Assembly: GCA_951406725.2 (NCBI GenBank)
Contig: OX597840.1
Location: forward strand, 22,072,001-22,136,000
Direction of reading: 5' to 3'
Length of the DNA stretch: 64,000 nt
Source of the DNA: Octopus vulgaris
Lineage: Eukaryota
Shown here: in pieces, positions 28,301 through 41,657 of the stretch
How the letters are laid out: every line of letters starts with the position of its first letter
Numbering within the stretch: the first letter of the stretch is position 1
Notes under the pieces: generated by a model
Seen by the model: the letters and a program-made list of their open reading frames with translations, nothing else
Databases searched by the model: none
Told to the model about the DNA's origin: nothing
Made by a program: the position numbers and the translations under genes

Positions 28301-31300
28301 ATGTGGTGCAATGTGGTGTGTGCGATGTGGTGTGATGTGGTGCGATGTGGTGTGATGTGGTGTGATGTGGTGCGACACGGCGTGATGTGGTGTGGTGCGT
28401 TGTGGTGCGGTGTTGTGGTGCGGTGTGATGTGGTGCGGTGTGATGTGGTGCGATGTGGTGTGCTGTGGTGCACCACACCGCACCACAGCACACCACATCG
28501 CACATCACACCGCACCACACTGCATCGCACCACACCGCACCACATCACACCGCACCACATAACACCGCACCACAACACAGCACACCACATCGCACCACAC
28601 CACATTGCACCACACCACATCATGTGGTGCGGTGTGATGTGGTGCGGTGTGATGTGGTGTGCTGTGGTGTGGTGCGGTGTGGTGCGATGTGGTGTGGTGT
28701 GGTGCGGTGTGGTGTTATGTGGTGTGCTGTGGTGTGGTGTGCTGTGGTGTGGTGCGGTGCGATGTAGTGTGCTGTGGTGTGGTGCGGTGTGGTGTTATGT
28801 GGTGCGGTGTGATGTGGTGCGATATGGTGTTATGGGGTGCGGTGTGATGTGGTGCGGTGTGGTGTGGTGCGATGTGGTGCGATGTGGTGTGGTGCGATGT
28901 AGTGTGATGTGGGGCGGTGGGTGTACTGTGTGTGGGTGTACTGTGTGTGGTGTGGTGTGTGAGGTGTGGTGTTTGTTGTTTGTGTGCTGTGATGTTGTGT
29001 GGTGTGGTGCGATGTGGTGTGGTGAGGTGTGGTGCGATGTTGTGTGGTGTGATGTGGTGTGCTGCGGTGTGATGTGGTGTGGTGCGATGTGGTGTGATGC
29101 GATGTGATGTGGGGTGGTGTGATGTGTGATGTGGTGCGGTGCGATGTTCTTTGATGTGGTGTGGTGCGAGGTGGTGTGTTGTGGTGTGGTGTGGTGTGGT
29201 GCGATGTGGTGTGGTGTGGTGTGTGGTGATGTGGTGTGCTGTGGTGTAGTGTGATGTGGTGTGCTGTAGTGTGATGTGGTGTGGTGCGATGTGGTGTGAT
29301 GTGGTGTGGTGCGATGTGGTGTGATGTGGTGTGGTGCGTGTGTGCGTGTGGTGTTGCGATGTGGTGTGCTGTGGTGTGGTGTGATGTGGTTCGATGTGGA
29401 TTGGTGTGGTGCGGTGTGGTGTGTGTGGTGTGATGTGGTGTGGTGTGATGTGGTGCGGTGTGTGTGTGGTGTTATGTGGTGTAGTGTGTGGTGTGGTGTT
29501 TGTTTGTGTGGTGTAATGTTGTGTGGTGTGATGTGGCGCGGTGTGGTGTGGTGTGGTGCGATGTGGTGTGGTGCAATGTGGTGTGGTGCGGTGTGATGTG
29601 GTGCGATGTGGTGTGGTGCGATGTGGTGCGATGTGATGTGGTGTGATGCAGTGCGATGTGGTGTGGTGCGATGTGGTGCGGTGTTATTTGGTGTACTGTG
29701 TGTGGTGTGGTGTGTGAGGTGTGGTGTTTGTTGTTTGTGTGCTGTGATGTTTGTGTGGTGTGGTGCTATGTGATGTGGTGAGGTGTGGTGTGGTGCGATG
29801 TTGTTTGGTGTGATGTGGTGTGCTGCGGTGTGATGTGGTGTGATGCGATGTGTGTGGGGTGGGATGGCGTGGTGTGATGTGATGTGTGATGTGGTGCGGT
29901 GCGATGTGCCCTGGTGTGGTGCGAGGTGGTGTGTTGTGGTGCGATGTGGTGTGGTGTGATGTGGTGTGGTGCGATGTGGTGTGGTGTGTTGCGATGTGGT
30001 GTGCTGTGGTGTAGTGTGATGTGGTGTGCTGTAGTGTGATGTGGTGTGGTGCGATGTGGTGTGATGTGGTGTGGTGTGGTTCGATGTGGATTGGTGTGGT
30101 GTGGTGTGGTGTGATGTTCGTTGTTTGTGTGGTGTGGTGCGATGTGGTGTGGTGTTATGTAGTGTGTGTGGTGCGATGTGGTGTGGTGCGGTGTGATGTG
30201 GTGAGATGTGGTGTGGTGCGATGTGGTGTGGTGTTATGTGGTGTAGTGTGTGGTGCGGTGTTTGTTTGTGTGGTGTAATGTTGTGTGGTGTGGTGCGATG
30301 TGGTGTGGTGAGGTGTGGTGCGATGTGGTGTGGTGCGATGTGGTGTGGTGCGATGTGGTGTGCTGTGGTGTGATGCGATGTGCCTTGGTGTGGTGTGGTG
30401 TGATGTGCTTTGGTGTGGTGTGGTGCGATGTGCTTTGGTGTGGTGCGAGGTGGTGTCTTGTGGTGCAATGTGGTGTGGTGCGATGTGATGTGGTGTGGTG
30501 CGATGTGGTGTGGTGTGTTGCGATGTGGTGTGCTGTGGTGTAGTGCGGTGTGATCTGGTGTGGTGCAATATGTTGTGGTGCGATGTGGTGTGGTGTGATG
30601 TGGTGCGATGTGGTTTGGTGCGATGTGGTGTGGTGTGCTGTGTGTGGATTGTTGTGGTGTTGTGTGGTGTGGTGTGTAGTGTGGTGTGATGTGGTGTGTG
30701 TGGTGTTCGTTGTTTGTGTGGTGTGATGTGGTGTGGTGCGATGTGGTGTGGTGTGATGTGGTGTGGTGAGGTGTGGTGCGGTGCGATGTGGTGTGTGTGG
30801 TGTGGTGCGATGTGGTGTGGTGTGATGTGGTGAGGTGCGGTCTGGTGAGGTGTGATGTGGTGCGATGTGGTGTGGTGAGGTGTGGTGTGGTGTGATGTGG
30901 TGTGTGTGGTGTTCGTTGTTTGTGTGGTGTGATGTGGTGTGGTGCGATGTGGTGTGGTGTGATGTGGTGTGGTGCGATGTGGTGTGATGTGGTGTGTGTG
31001 GTGTGGTGCGATGTGGTGTGGTGTGATGTGGTGAGGTGCGGTCTGGTCTGGTGATGTGGTGCGATGTGGTGTGGTGTGGTGCGATGTGGTGTGGTGAGGT
31101 GTGGTGTGATGTGGTGTGATGTGATGTGGTGCGATGTGGTGTGGTGTGGGGTGGTGCGATGTTGTGTGGTGTGCTGTGTATAGTGTGGTGTTTGTGTGGT
31201 GCAATGTGGTGTGATGTGGTGTGGTGAGGTGTGATGTGGTGTGGTGCGATGTGGTGAGGTGCGATGTGGTGAGGTGTGATGTGGTGCGATGTGGTGTGGT

Positions 31301-32710
31301 GAGGTGTGATGTGGTGTGGTGAGGTGTGATGTGGTGAGGTGTGATGTGGTTAGGTGTGATGTGGTGAGGTGTGATGTGGTGTGGTGCGATGTGGTGTGGT
31401 GAGGTGTGATGTGGTAAGGTGTGGTGAGGTGTGGTGTGGTGTTGTGCGATGTGGTGTGGTGCGGTGTGGTGTGGTGTTGTGCGATGTGGTGTGTGTGGTG
31501 CGATGTGGTGTGATGTGGTGTTGTGCGATGTGGTGTGTGTGGTGCGATGTGGTGTGGTGTTGTGCGATGTGGTGTGTGTGGTGTGGTGCGATGTGGTGTG
31601 GTGTGGTGCAATGTGGTGTGGTGTGATGTGGTTTGTGTGTGTGGTGTGGTGTGTGTGGTGTGTAGTGTGCGTGGTGTGGTGTATGTGGTGAAGTGTGTGG
31701 TGTGGGTGGTGTGTGTGGTGTGGTGCAATGTGGTATAATGTGGTGTGGTGTGATGTGGTGCGATGTGGTGTGGTGTGTGTGTTGTGGTGTGGTATGATGT
31801 GGTGTGGTATGATGTGGTGTGGTGTGTGTGTTGTGGTGTTATGTTGGTGTGGTGTTGTGTTATGTGGTGTGGTGTGATGTGATGTGGTGTGTGTGTTGTG
31901 GTGTGATGTGATGTGGTGTGGTGTGATGTGGTGCGATGTGGTGTGGTATAATGTGGTGTGGGTGGTGTGATGTGGGGTGGGTGGTGCGATGTGGTGTGGT
32001 ATAATGTGGTGTGGTGTGGGTGGTACGATGTGGTGTGGTATAATGTGGTGTGGTGTGGGTGGTGTGATGTGGTTTGTGTGGTGTGGTGTGTGTGTGTGTG
32101 GTGTATGTGTGTGTGGTGTGTGTGGTGTGGTTTGTGTGGTGTGATGTGTTGTGGGTGGTGTGTGTGGTTTGGTGTGTGTGGTGTATGTGGTGTGGTGTGG
32201 GTGTAGTGTGTGTGGTGTGGTGTATGTGGTGAAGTGTGTGATGTGTGGTGTGGGTGGTGTGGTTTGTGTGGTGTGGTGTGGGTGTGGTGCGGTGTGTGTG
32301 GTGTGATGCGGTGTGTGTGGTGTGATGTGGTGTGTGTGTGGTGTGATGTGGTGTGTGTGTGGTGTGATGTGTGTAGTGTGTGGTGTGGTGTTGTGTATGG
32401 TGTGGTGTGATGTGGTGTAGTGTGATGTGGTGTCATGTGGTGTGATGTGGTGTGGTGTGTGTATTGTGGTGTAGTATGATGTGGTGTGGTGTGTGTGGTG
32501 TGATGTGGTGTGTGTGGTTCAGTGTGGTGTGGGGTGTGTGGTGTGGTGTGTGTGGTTCAGTGTGGTGTGTGTGGTATGGTGTGGTGTGAGTGGTGTGGTG
32601 TAATGTGGTGTGTGTGTGGTTTGATGTGTGTGGTGTGGCGTGATGTGGTGTGGGTGTGGTGTGATGTGGTGTGTGTGGTGTGGTGTGGGTGTAGGTGTGG
32701 TGTAGGTGTG
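19366..32710. repeat. ~13.3 kb pentanucleotide satellite (TGTGG with TGCGG, TGCGA and TGTGA variants) with higher-order structure
   Basis: Continuous 5-bp periodicity and extreme G+T strand bias; the landmark gtgtgaggtgtggtgtttg recurs; the distal ~1 kb is more decayed. Confidence 0.98.
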
Positions 32711-33432
32711 GGCATCTTTCTGTCGGTAGTCGTACCCTATATTGCGGTTTCCTCATTCCCCTGTAACATAGCAGCTTAGCAAAAAGAACTGATACAAAAA
32801 GCACCAGGCTTTAAAAAACTTAGTACTGAGGTCAAGTTGTCTGACCAAAACCTTTCAAATTTGTGCCCCGACATGGCTGCTCTCCAACGATAAGACAAGT
32901 TAAAGGTAGGAAGGTAATCCCTTTTCATAATGGAAGTTGAGATTTCAGTGATATTTAGCTGTTATTTCTAACAAATTGAACGCCTGCAGAGAGGCTCCTT
33001 CATTGGCACTTCTAAATAAACAGAGATGTTGTTTTCTCTGGTGTACAGCTGCAGTATTAATGTAAGCAGTTTAGGAAGAACAGTGTGCATTGGTGGTAAA
33101 GATATGGGAGTGGGGAGATGTGCAGCAAAGGGGAGACGGAGAGAGAGACATATAAATGGATGGAGAGAGAGAGAAAGAAAGAGACAGGGAGAGAAAGAGA
33201 CAGGGAGAATGAAGGAGAGTTTAGTTGTCTGTGAGGTGAATGGAAGAGGATGTTAGAGAAGTCGGCAGGTGAAAGCTGTCATTTTTGCTTTCACAGATTC
33301 AACGAAGACTTCCATTTTTGTTGCCAATGCAGTCATTAAATACACACACACACCTATATATATACACACACACACACATACATACACACAGACACATGCA
33401 CAAGCACACACATATATGTGTGTGTGTTTGTG

Positions 33433-33464
<32 letters not shown>

Positions 33465-33509
33465 CTGTGCATATGATATAGAATTAATATAAAGAACATT
33501 ATATGTATG

Positions 33510-33542
<33 letters not shown>

Positions 33543-33728
33543 ACACCACATGCATATACATACACATATATAACTTTGTGTTTTGCCTTTGCTTGTTTCA
33601 TATATATGTGTGCACATGTGTGTGTGTGTATATATACAAAACGATATTTTTTCTCATCATTATCACCATTATCATCATCTATTTAAGAATATATATCTAT
33701 ATCTATATATATATATACACATACATAC

Positions 33729-33762
<34 letters not shown>

Positions 33763-33793
33763 GAAAAGCTATATAAGTATGTCAGTATATACA

Positions 33794-33839
<46 letters not shown>

Positions 33840-34410
33840 TGTATGTATGTATACACCAAAAAAGAACAAAAGCACAAAAGATGTTGAGATGTTCTCAGTC
33901 ACTGTTACTCGTTGGATGTTCAAGGAAGAACAGAAAAAGTAAAAGGTTATTCTGCTTCATACAAAGTTCTTGCTCAGATTAGAGAGAGAAAAGTCCAGAA
34001 GAAACTGAAAAGAGCAGGAATCAAGAAAAAGAAGAAAGGAAACGAGACAAGGAGGAGAGTGAGGGAAAGAAACTGTGTGTGGTTCAACTGTTTGATCTGC
34101 TGACTCTTCTATGAGCCAGAAGATCAGGACAGAGTGTATAATTATTCACACCTCCTCACAACTGAAGCTTAGAGTGAAAATATAAAAAGAATGAGTTCCA
34201 ACAGCCATCGATTGGTATCGCTATGGCAAAAGCAGAATTATAATACATATGCACATGTGAATGCATGCACACAAGTGCACACATGTGTAGCCTCTTAACG
34301 CCTAACATAAAACCACTGCCTCCAACTCGTACTCTCCGACCCATGTCAGCATGGAAAACAGACATTAAAGGATGGTGATGACGATGATGAGAAACAAAGT
34401 GGTTATATTC

Positions 34411-34441
<31 letters not shown>

Positions 34442-34532
34442 CATATGTGTGTGTTATGAATGTGTATGTATACACACATATATATATTTGATGTATATAT
34501 GTATATACATATACAAAAACATATATATGCAT

Positions 34533-35810
34533 CATCATCAGCATCGTTTAAAGTCCGCTTTCCATGCTGGCATGAGTTGGTCGGTTTGACTCAGGACTGG
34601 CAAGTCAGGAGGCTGCACCAGGCTCCAATCTTATCTCGCAAAGTTTCTAGAGCTGCCACTCCGAGAGTGTCGTGGCTGCTTTTTATGTGCCACCAGCACG
34701 AGAGCCAGTCAGGTGGTTCTGGCAACAACCGTGCTCAAAAGGTGTTCTTTAGATGCAACCTACATGGGAGCCAGTCCGGCAGCACCGGCTACAGCCATGC
34801 TTGAATGTTGATTTTCATGTGCCAGTGATGTGGCACTGGCAACCATCACACTCGGATGGTGCTTTTAGCATTCCACTGGCACAAGTGCCAATTAGGTGGT
34901 ACTGTCATCGGTCACGTCAGCGATTTTTATTTTGATTTCACTTGCCCCAACAGGTTTTCGCAAGCAAAGTTTATTGTCCAATGAATGAAGGGTACTCATA
35001 AGTGGGCTGGTTATACACCACTGGTATAGGCCATGGGTTATAGTCTCACTTGGCTTGTTGGGTTTTCTCAAGCACAGCATGTCTCCAAAGGTTTCGGTCA
35101 TTAGTCATTGCCTCGGTGAGGTCCAATGTTCAAAGGTCATGCTTCACCACCTTATCCCAAGTCTTCCTGGGTCTACCTCTTCCACATGTTCCATCAACTG
35201 CTAGGGTGTTACACTTTTTCACACAGCTGTCCTCATCCATTTGCAAGACATGACTATACCAATGCAGTCGTCTCTCTTGCACACCACATCTGATGCTTTT
35301 AAAGTCCAACTTTTCTCTCAGGGAGCTTACACTGTTGTGTATGCACACTGACATTACACATCCAGTGGAGCATACTAGCTTCATTCCTTGCAAGCTTATG
35401 CATGTCCTCAGCAGTCACAGCCATGTTTCACTGCCATGTAGCATGGCTGTTCACACACATGCATCATACAGTCTATCTTTTACTCTGAGCGAGAGGTCCT
35501 TTATCACTAGCAGAAATAAGAACTCTCTGAACTTAGCCCAGGCTATTCTTATTCTAGCAGTTACACTTTCAGTGCACCCTCCCCTGCTACTGACTTGGTC
35601 ACCTAAGGTAATGGAAGCTATCAACTACTTGTAGTTTTTCTCCCTGCAATGTGACAGAAGCTGTTCTCTGCACATTTTCAGTGTTTATTGCTCCTGAACA
35701 TTTACCACAAACAAAAACTATCTTCCCAGTTAGCCTTCCTTTGATATTGCTGCACCTCTTATGTATCCATAGCTTACACTGGGAACATCTTATGGAGTTT
35801 TTACACCTTT
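34533..35810 (-). mobile_element. 5'-truncated RTE LINE, same family as 10377-12050
   Basis: [34 protein letters not shown] and GRGRPRKTW; catcatcat tail. Confidence 0.92.
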
Positions 35811-35840
35811 TATACATACATGCATATATATATATATATA

Positions 35841-35889
<49 letters not shown>

Positions 35890-36717
35890 ACACACACACA
35901 TACATATATAATTTTTGCATTTGTTTGCAAGATTCCTGACATGAAATCGTGTGTGAAAACATATACAATTGTATCTTGGGAGGGTCATATGTTGTTCACA
36001 AGAAACACATGCAGTGATTGTATTTTTGTTCCATTTATTATTTATTAATTGACAAGTTAAATCAATTAGTCAACTGCTTGCCTGATTATTTGTTCAATCA
36101 ATTGATCAATCAGATCGTTTGGTTTTTCAGTATTCTTTCATCATCATCATCATCATCAGCAACCTCCTCATCAATGACATGCTCTCTATGTCTCCATGCC
36201 TGTCTCATTGTCTTCGAGCCTTTGTTCCTCTATTTTCTATTTTTAACAATGTTTGTGCAGAGTATGTATGGTGGTAAGTATTCGACAGGCATATATCTAG
36301 TTTGTTTTATTTTTCTATTTTTTAGGCTATGGTCATTAGTGTCTTTGTGAGCAACTTATATGAGTAAGTGTGTATATCAGTGTATATGCTTCAGTGTGTA
36401 TGATCCTTCTTGTAAATCTTGTCTTTTATTTATTTTTTTTTAACAGATCGAATTTCTATTTTATGACTTCTCTACCTTTCATTCTTATCTCTTACACTTC
36501 AAAAGAATTAAGAATTTATTCACAAAAGTATTTTTTCTCTCACACACAGGACATGCATATATGAACAGCCATCTACATAAGTATGTACATGTCTTTATAG
36601 ACATGTATACATGCACATGATCAGATATACACTTACACGCACACACTCACATATATTGGATGTATGTATATACTTATAAATATGTGTGTGTATACACACG
36701 CATACATGCACACACAG

Positions 36718-37040
36718 ATCATCATCGTTTAACGTCCGTTTTCAATGCTAGCATGGGGTGGACGGTTCGACTGGGGTCTGGGAAGCCAGGAGGCTGCACC
36801 AGGCTCCAGTCTGATCTGGCAGAGTTTCTACAGCACGATGCCCTTCCTAACACCAACCACTCCGTGAGTGTAGTGGGTGCTTTTTATGTGCCACCGGCAC
36901 AGGTGACAGGGGAGGCTGGCAGCAGCCACAATCGGTTGGTGCTTTTTACGTGCCACTGGCACAGAAGCCAGTCAAGGTGGCGCTGGCATCGGCCACATTC
37001 GGATGGTACTTTTTACATGCCACCAGCACAGATATCACAA
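36718..37040 (-). mobile_element. RTE 3'-UTR-only fragment (short truncated LINE or LINE-tail SINE)
   Basis: Matches 13400-13664 and 10377-10640; similar pieces at about 7900-8205, 16985-17092, 54825-55010 and 60303-60490. Confidence 0.8.
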
Positions 37041-37421
37041 CAATAGATATATATATATATAGGATGCATCAGTTTTTGGACACATTTTCAATGGCCCTAA
37101 CTTTCTTTTAGCTTATTTATTTTAAACTTACTTTTCAGATAAATAAACAGACATCAGGTTGACTGAGTAAATGAAGAAGCTCACTGCTGCTGTTGTCTTT
37201 AAAGTGCAGCGATTCAGAGAAAGGTCACTTCCTCAATCCGTCGTTGTCAAAATTCAAAAGGAGTTGGAAACTGCTGACAGGGATTCAACATCAGCAGCTA
37301 AACACAAAATGCTTGCACGGGGCCCTAATACCATCAGAACACACAGCTTCATAGAAAAAGTTATGTGTATATGTGTGTGCCTCTGGCTATCAAGTGTGAT
37401 GAGTCACCTATACTGCTAAGG

Positions 37422-37470
<49 letters not shown>

Positions 37471-37473
<3 letters not shown>

Positions 37474-38090
37474 CAACAAGGATATCCAGAGGTAATGCAG
37501 TACGATCGATTCATGTAAATCAAGATGTTAAGAGGGTCGGCCACTAGCAGACCATTGATAATTGTCAGCTAACATCTTGATTTAAGTTTTCCTTTACCAA
37601 ATCTCATGATATTGCTTCAAATAAATCTTGATAGTTTTTTATGACTATACCCACTATGATTTCTGTCGATTCCCTCAGCTCTTACCCTAACAGACACTGC
37701 CCCTTGTTCTATCGGCCTTAGATATACAAGGATTTGATAAAACTAGTCTATAAATTAAAACTGACCCCATAAAACAGTGACAAGCATAATCTGTAACAAG
37801 TTTTTCTTCCTGATACCTTAGTAGCTTAAGTGAAGGCAGCATGTTCTTTGTCTATCTCCTTAACTTCTTGGAGATTTTAGGTAAAATTATACTAATGTGT
37901 CCATCTGTTTTAATTTAATTAAATTCTATGTCTTTTTGCAACTGAAAATTGATATGATGGTTGCATTGTTCAATTAAATGGAGTTGCGTGAAACGATCGT
38001 ACTGCATTACCTCTGGATATCCTGTTGCTTATTTTGATTTTAATCACCTTATTTTGAAATTGTATGGATAATACCATACTAAATGCTGGT
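37471..38090 (+). mobile_element. Penelope-like pLTR relic with ~50-bp inverted terminus and a degenerate hammerhead (37937-38006)
   Basis: 37471-37521 is an inverted copy of 37981-38030; motif tgcaa-CTGAAAA...GAAA-CGATCG-TA-ctgca; begins at a (TA)n tract. Confidence 0.6.
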
Positions 38091-38102
38091 GCTTCAACTT
38101 AA

Positions 38103-38152
38103 GTACCATATTCATCTGAATCTAAATATATAGATTCAGATGAATATGGTAC
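38103..38152. repeat. Perfect 22-bp hairpin with a 6-nt loop
   Basis: gtaccatattcatctgaatcta-aatata-tagattcagatgaatatggtac. Confidence 0.95.
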
Positions 38153-39681
38153 AGGCATACATTCATACACACATGTTCCCAATATGAATGAAAGGCCATT
38201 CGCACATGTGTTATAAGTGCCTGCGTCTCTATGATTATGCTGTATAAATGCTTGTATTATCTGCAGCAAAAAAGCCATAAATTTGCATGCTACAAGCTCA
38301 TGCACGAACACACAGACGCAGAAGGAGCTATACTCAGATATACGTACACACACACACACAAACATATAGAGAAATATAAATACATACACACTTATAAATA
38401 TATGTTGTTAAATGATGATCATACATGCATACATACATACAAAGTATAAATGCATACACTATACAGGCATACATTCATACATACATACATACATGTATAC
38501 ATACAGAAACACAAACACATACACACATATATACATACATACATGCATGTACACATAAACATGCATTACAAACATACATGCATACAGGAACATAAAAGCA
38601 TACACATATACGTACATACTCACTTCTAGATTCATATACACATATATTCATACATAAATGCACATACATACATACACATTTCTAGATTCATATATATACA
38701 CATAGGCATATACATATATATATATACATATATACATGCATGCATACATACATACATACATACAGAAACATACATATGTACATACTACTAGATTCATATA
38801 CACACATACATATATATGCACGTGCATACTTACATATAGAATCATAAACAGGAACACACATACAGAAGCAAGTGTGCAGATAAAACATCCACTCTGCTGT
38901 CATTTTTGAATATTCTCTGAACAAAACTATTGATCACCTTCACATAATGATAAATTGCATTAATGCAATTTATGGTGTGCAACATTGCTGTAGCATACAA
39001 CATTGCAGTGCATTCGTGCAGGACATGATAGCAGCATGTACTAGTGGGATGCACTGATGCAGAGCACACCTGCCAGTCACAGTTGCTCTCAAGTCTGCAT
39101 CATCTGCAATACGGATACACAATAGGTCTGATTGTTTTTCTTTTTGCTTTTAGCTTCTAACTTTTATGGTTTAACCTTTTGCTTGTTTCAGTAAGTGGAC
39201 TGCGGCCATGCTGGAGTACCACCTTGAGGGGGTTTAGTAAAAAAAGAAAAATGGATCCTAGTGTTTGTTCAAAGGTCTGGGGCTTATTGTACGGAGGGGG
39301 GAAGGGAGATTACCAAACTACTAAGTTATGGCATGACTAAATTATGTCAACCGTTTGGATGAAGAGGACAAACAGAAAGACATACATATGCACAAATACA
39401 CACACACACACACACACGCATACATATATACATATGTACATACATATATACATATGTATATACATACATGCATACATACGCACATACATACATACATATA
39501 TCTTTTATCTTTTAGTTGTTTCCGCCATTAGATCATGGGAATACTGGACACCGCCTTGAAGAATTTTAAGCCTGGTACTTATTCTATCAGACTATTTTGG
39601 TGACCTGTTAAGTTACAGGGATATAAACAGACCAACACCAGTTGTCAAGCAGTGATGGGAAACAGACACAAGTGCAAGAGA

Positions 39682-39825
39682 GAAGACTGTGCTGGTATGG
39701 TCATGTGATGCATATGGACGAGGACAGGGCAGCTGTGTAAAGAAATGCCGATCTTTAACTGTCGAGGGGATCTGTGGTAGAGGTAGACCCAGGAAGACAT
39801 GGGATGAGGTGGTGACCTTCGAAAG
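39682..39825 (+). mobile_element. Short RTE LINE fragment
   Basis: SCVKKCRSLTVEGICGRGRPRKTWDEVV. Confidence 0.8.
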
Positions 39826-39964
39826 CCTTATATGGACCCCAGTTAAAAACCACTTCACTAAGCCAGCATTCCAGCAGGGTGACAGTCTCATGACTAAAAC
39901 AATCATAGAACTAGAAACCGCTTCAGGCTGGTTGCTATCAACAGGATTCACAATCTCATTGCTG

Positions 39965-40796
39965 TGTTTCTGTTGAAATACAACAACTGCCTTGGTTTCT
40001 ATAAATTTTGTAAATAACGAACAATTTAGCAAAATAACTTTGACATTATGAATTCTGTGCTTGGAACATTAATGAACATGAAATTTTAAGAGAAAATTTT
40101 AATTTAGATCACCTTAACTCTTTTGTTACCAGATTTCTGTTGAAATACACTGCCTCTGTTTTACTTGAAATGAATAAAGAACTTAAAATAACTTTGACAA
40201 TAAGTATAAATTAATGACTTGTGGGGACACCATATTTCATTTATACAAAGTATATTAAATGATTTGTAAGTTGGCAGTGTTCTACTGTGTTAGCAGTGCT
40301 ATTAAGCCACTTGCTAAGTTTATCTCTACAGATTGTTGTTTCCATTAAGCTTCATTAGGACATACAAAATGTCATAACAAATCGATATTGGTTATAATTT
40401 CTATAGAAAGTCTGTAGAGAGAACCTAAACAAATTATTAAGTCTGTATTTTGGAACAGAAATGAATGTGAAGCTTTGATGGGAGAAGGTTAATATTTAAG
40501 TTGCTTTAAAACAGGGAGTTTGTATCCATAGAATGAGGTTGCAGTCTCAAGGAGATTCAGATCAAAAATTCTAATGCTTTTGTTACCATATTTCTATTGA
40601 GACAGACTGCTTTTGTTTCAGTTAATTTTCAAAGATTATGTACAATTCCGTAAAACATCTTTGCCATTTATAAAATAGTGTTTGAAACATAAATTATCCT
40701 GAAATTCCAATGAAAGGTTTTAGAACATTTTAAACAGGAAGTTACCACCATAGACCTAGAGCCAGTGTCAGGCAAGTTAGTATCAAAAGGGTTAAA
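39965..40796. mobile_element. Cluster of decayed copies of a TTAA-ended MITE-like repeat
   Basis: The motif ttttgttacca-atttctgttgaaatacactgc recurs at about 39965, 40120 and 40580; termini ttaactcttttgttacc and gtatcaaaagggttaa. Confidence 0.45.
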
Positions 40797-41433
40797 TAAA
40801 GTAACAGAAGATTGAATAATGTTCTCCTACATTCATTACACCAGTAAAAACTGCTTTTATTAACAGTGACTGTCATCATTTATTCTGTTCTTTCAACTCT
40901 TCTCTTACAAACACTTTGTCATGCTACGTGCTGCGTTAATATACCTGGCAGCCATTTTCCTCTTAACTTGTCAGTTCTGTGTCTGATGATTTCAGCTTTG
41001 ATATATGAGGAAAGTATCGGAATGTATAGATGGCTTCTTTATTCTTTTAACTGATTTCGATCACTGGACTATGGCCATGCTAGACTGCTACTGTCGACGA
41101 TGTTAACCAATCATATCAAACCAGTATTTATTTTAACATTCCATTTTTGCTCAAATTCTACTTACGGGACAAGAATACACAATATAAGCTACAGTAACAC
41201 CAGACTTTAGCCCAGTGTAAAGACTAGATTGAAATGTAGTGTTATAAACTCTCATTAGCCAAGTGAGGAGTTATCAAAGTCCATCATAAATGCTGATTAT
41301 TTCAGTCATCCTTCTTCCAGTGCCATTCCTTATTTTATTATCTTGGCAATGGAATGCTGAATGCATTGATCAAGTATCAAGTGTTAAGTCAAATATTTTA
41401 GCTAATGTGAGTGAGCAATATATATATATATAT

Positions 41434-41657
41434 AGGAGAAACTAGAAGTAGTTGATAGTTTCTGCTACCTAGGTGACCAAGTCAGTAGCAGGGGTGGATG
41501 CTCAGAGAGTGTTACCACTAGAATAAGAATAGCCTGGGTAAAGTTTAGGAAGCTTCTTCCCCTACTGGCGACAAAGGGTCTCTCGCTCAGAGTGAAAGGT
41601 AGATTGTATGACGCATGTGTGCTAACTGCCATGCTTCATGGCAGTTCAACATGGGCT
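41434..41657 (+). mobile_element. RTE LINE internal fragment
   Basis: Close nucleotide match to 12628-12848 (EKLEVVDSFCYLG..LHGS). Confidence 0.85.

Noticed and set aside
19366-32710. Telomere or interstitial telomeric repeat
   Set aside because: No TTAGGG arrays; flanked by ordinary sequence on both sides.
19182-32804. His/Thr/Pro-rich ORFs up to 1213 aa and Cys/Val/Trp-rich ORFs
   Set aside because: Several frames are open because the C/A-rich pentamer strand rarely forms stops; the period is 5, not 3, with no codon-level constraint.
37171-37419. 82-aa ORF
   Set aside because: Only a faint resemblance to a Tc1/mariner HTH linker (RGPNTIRT); too weak to call.
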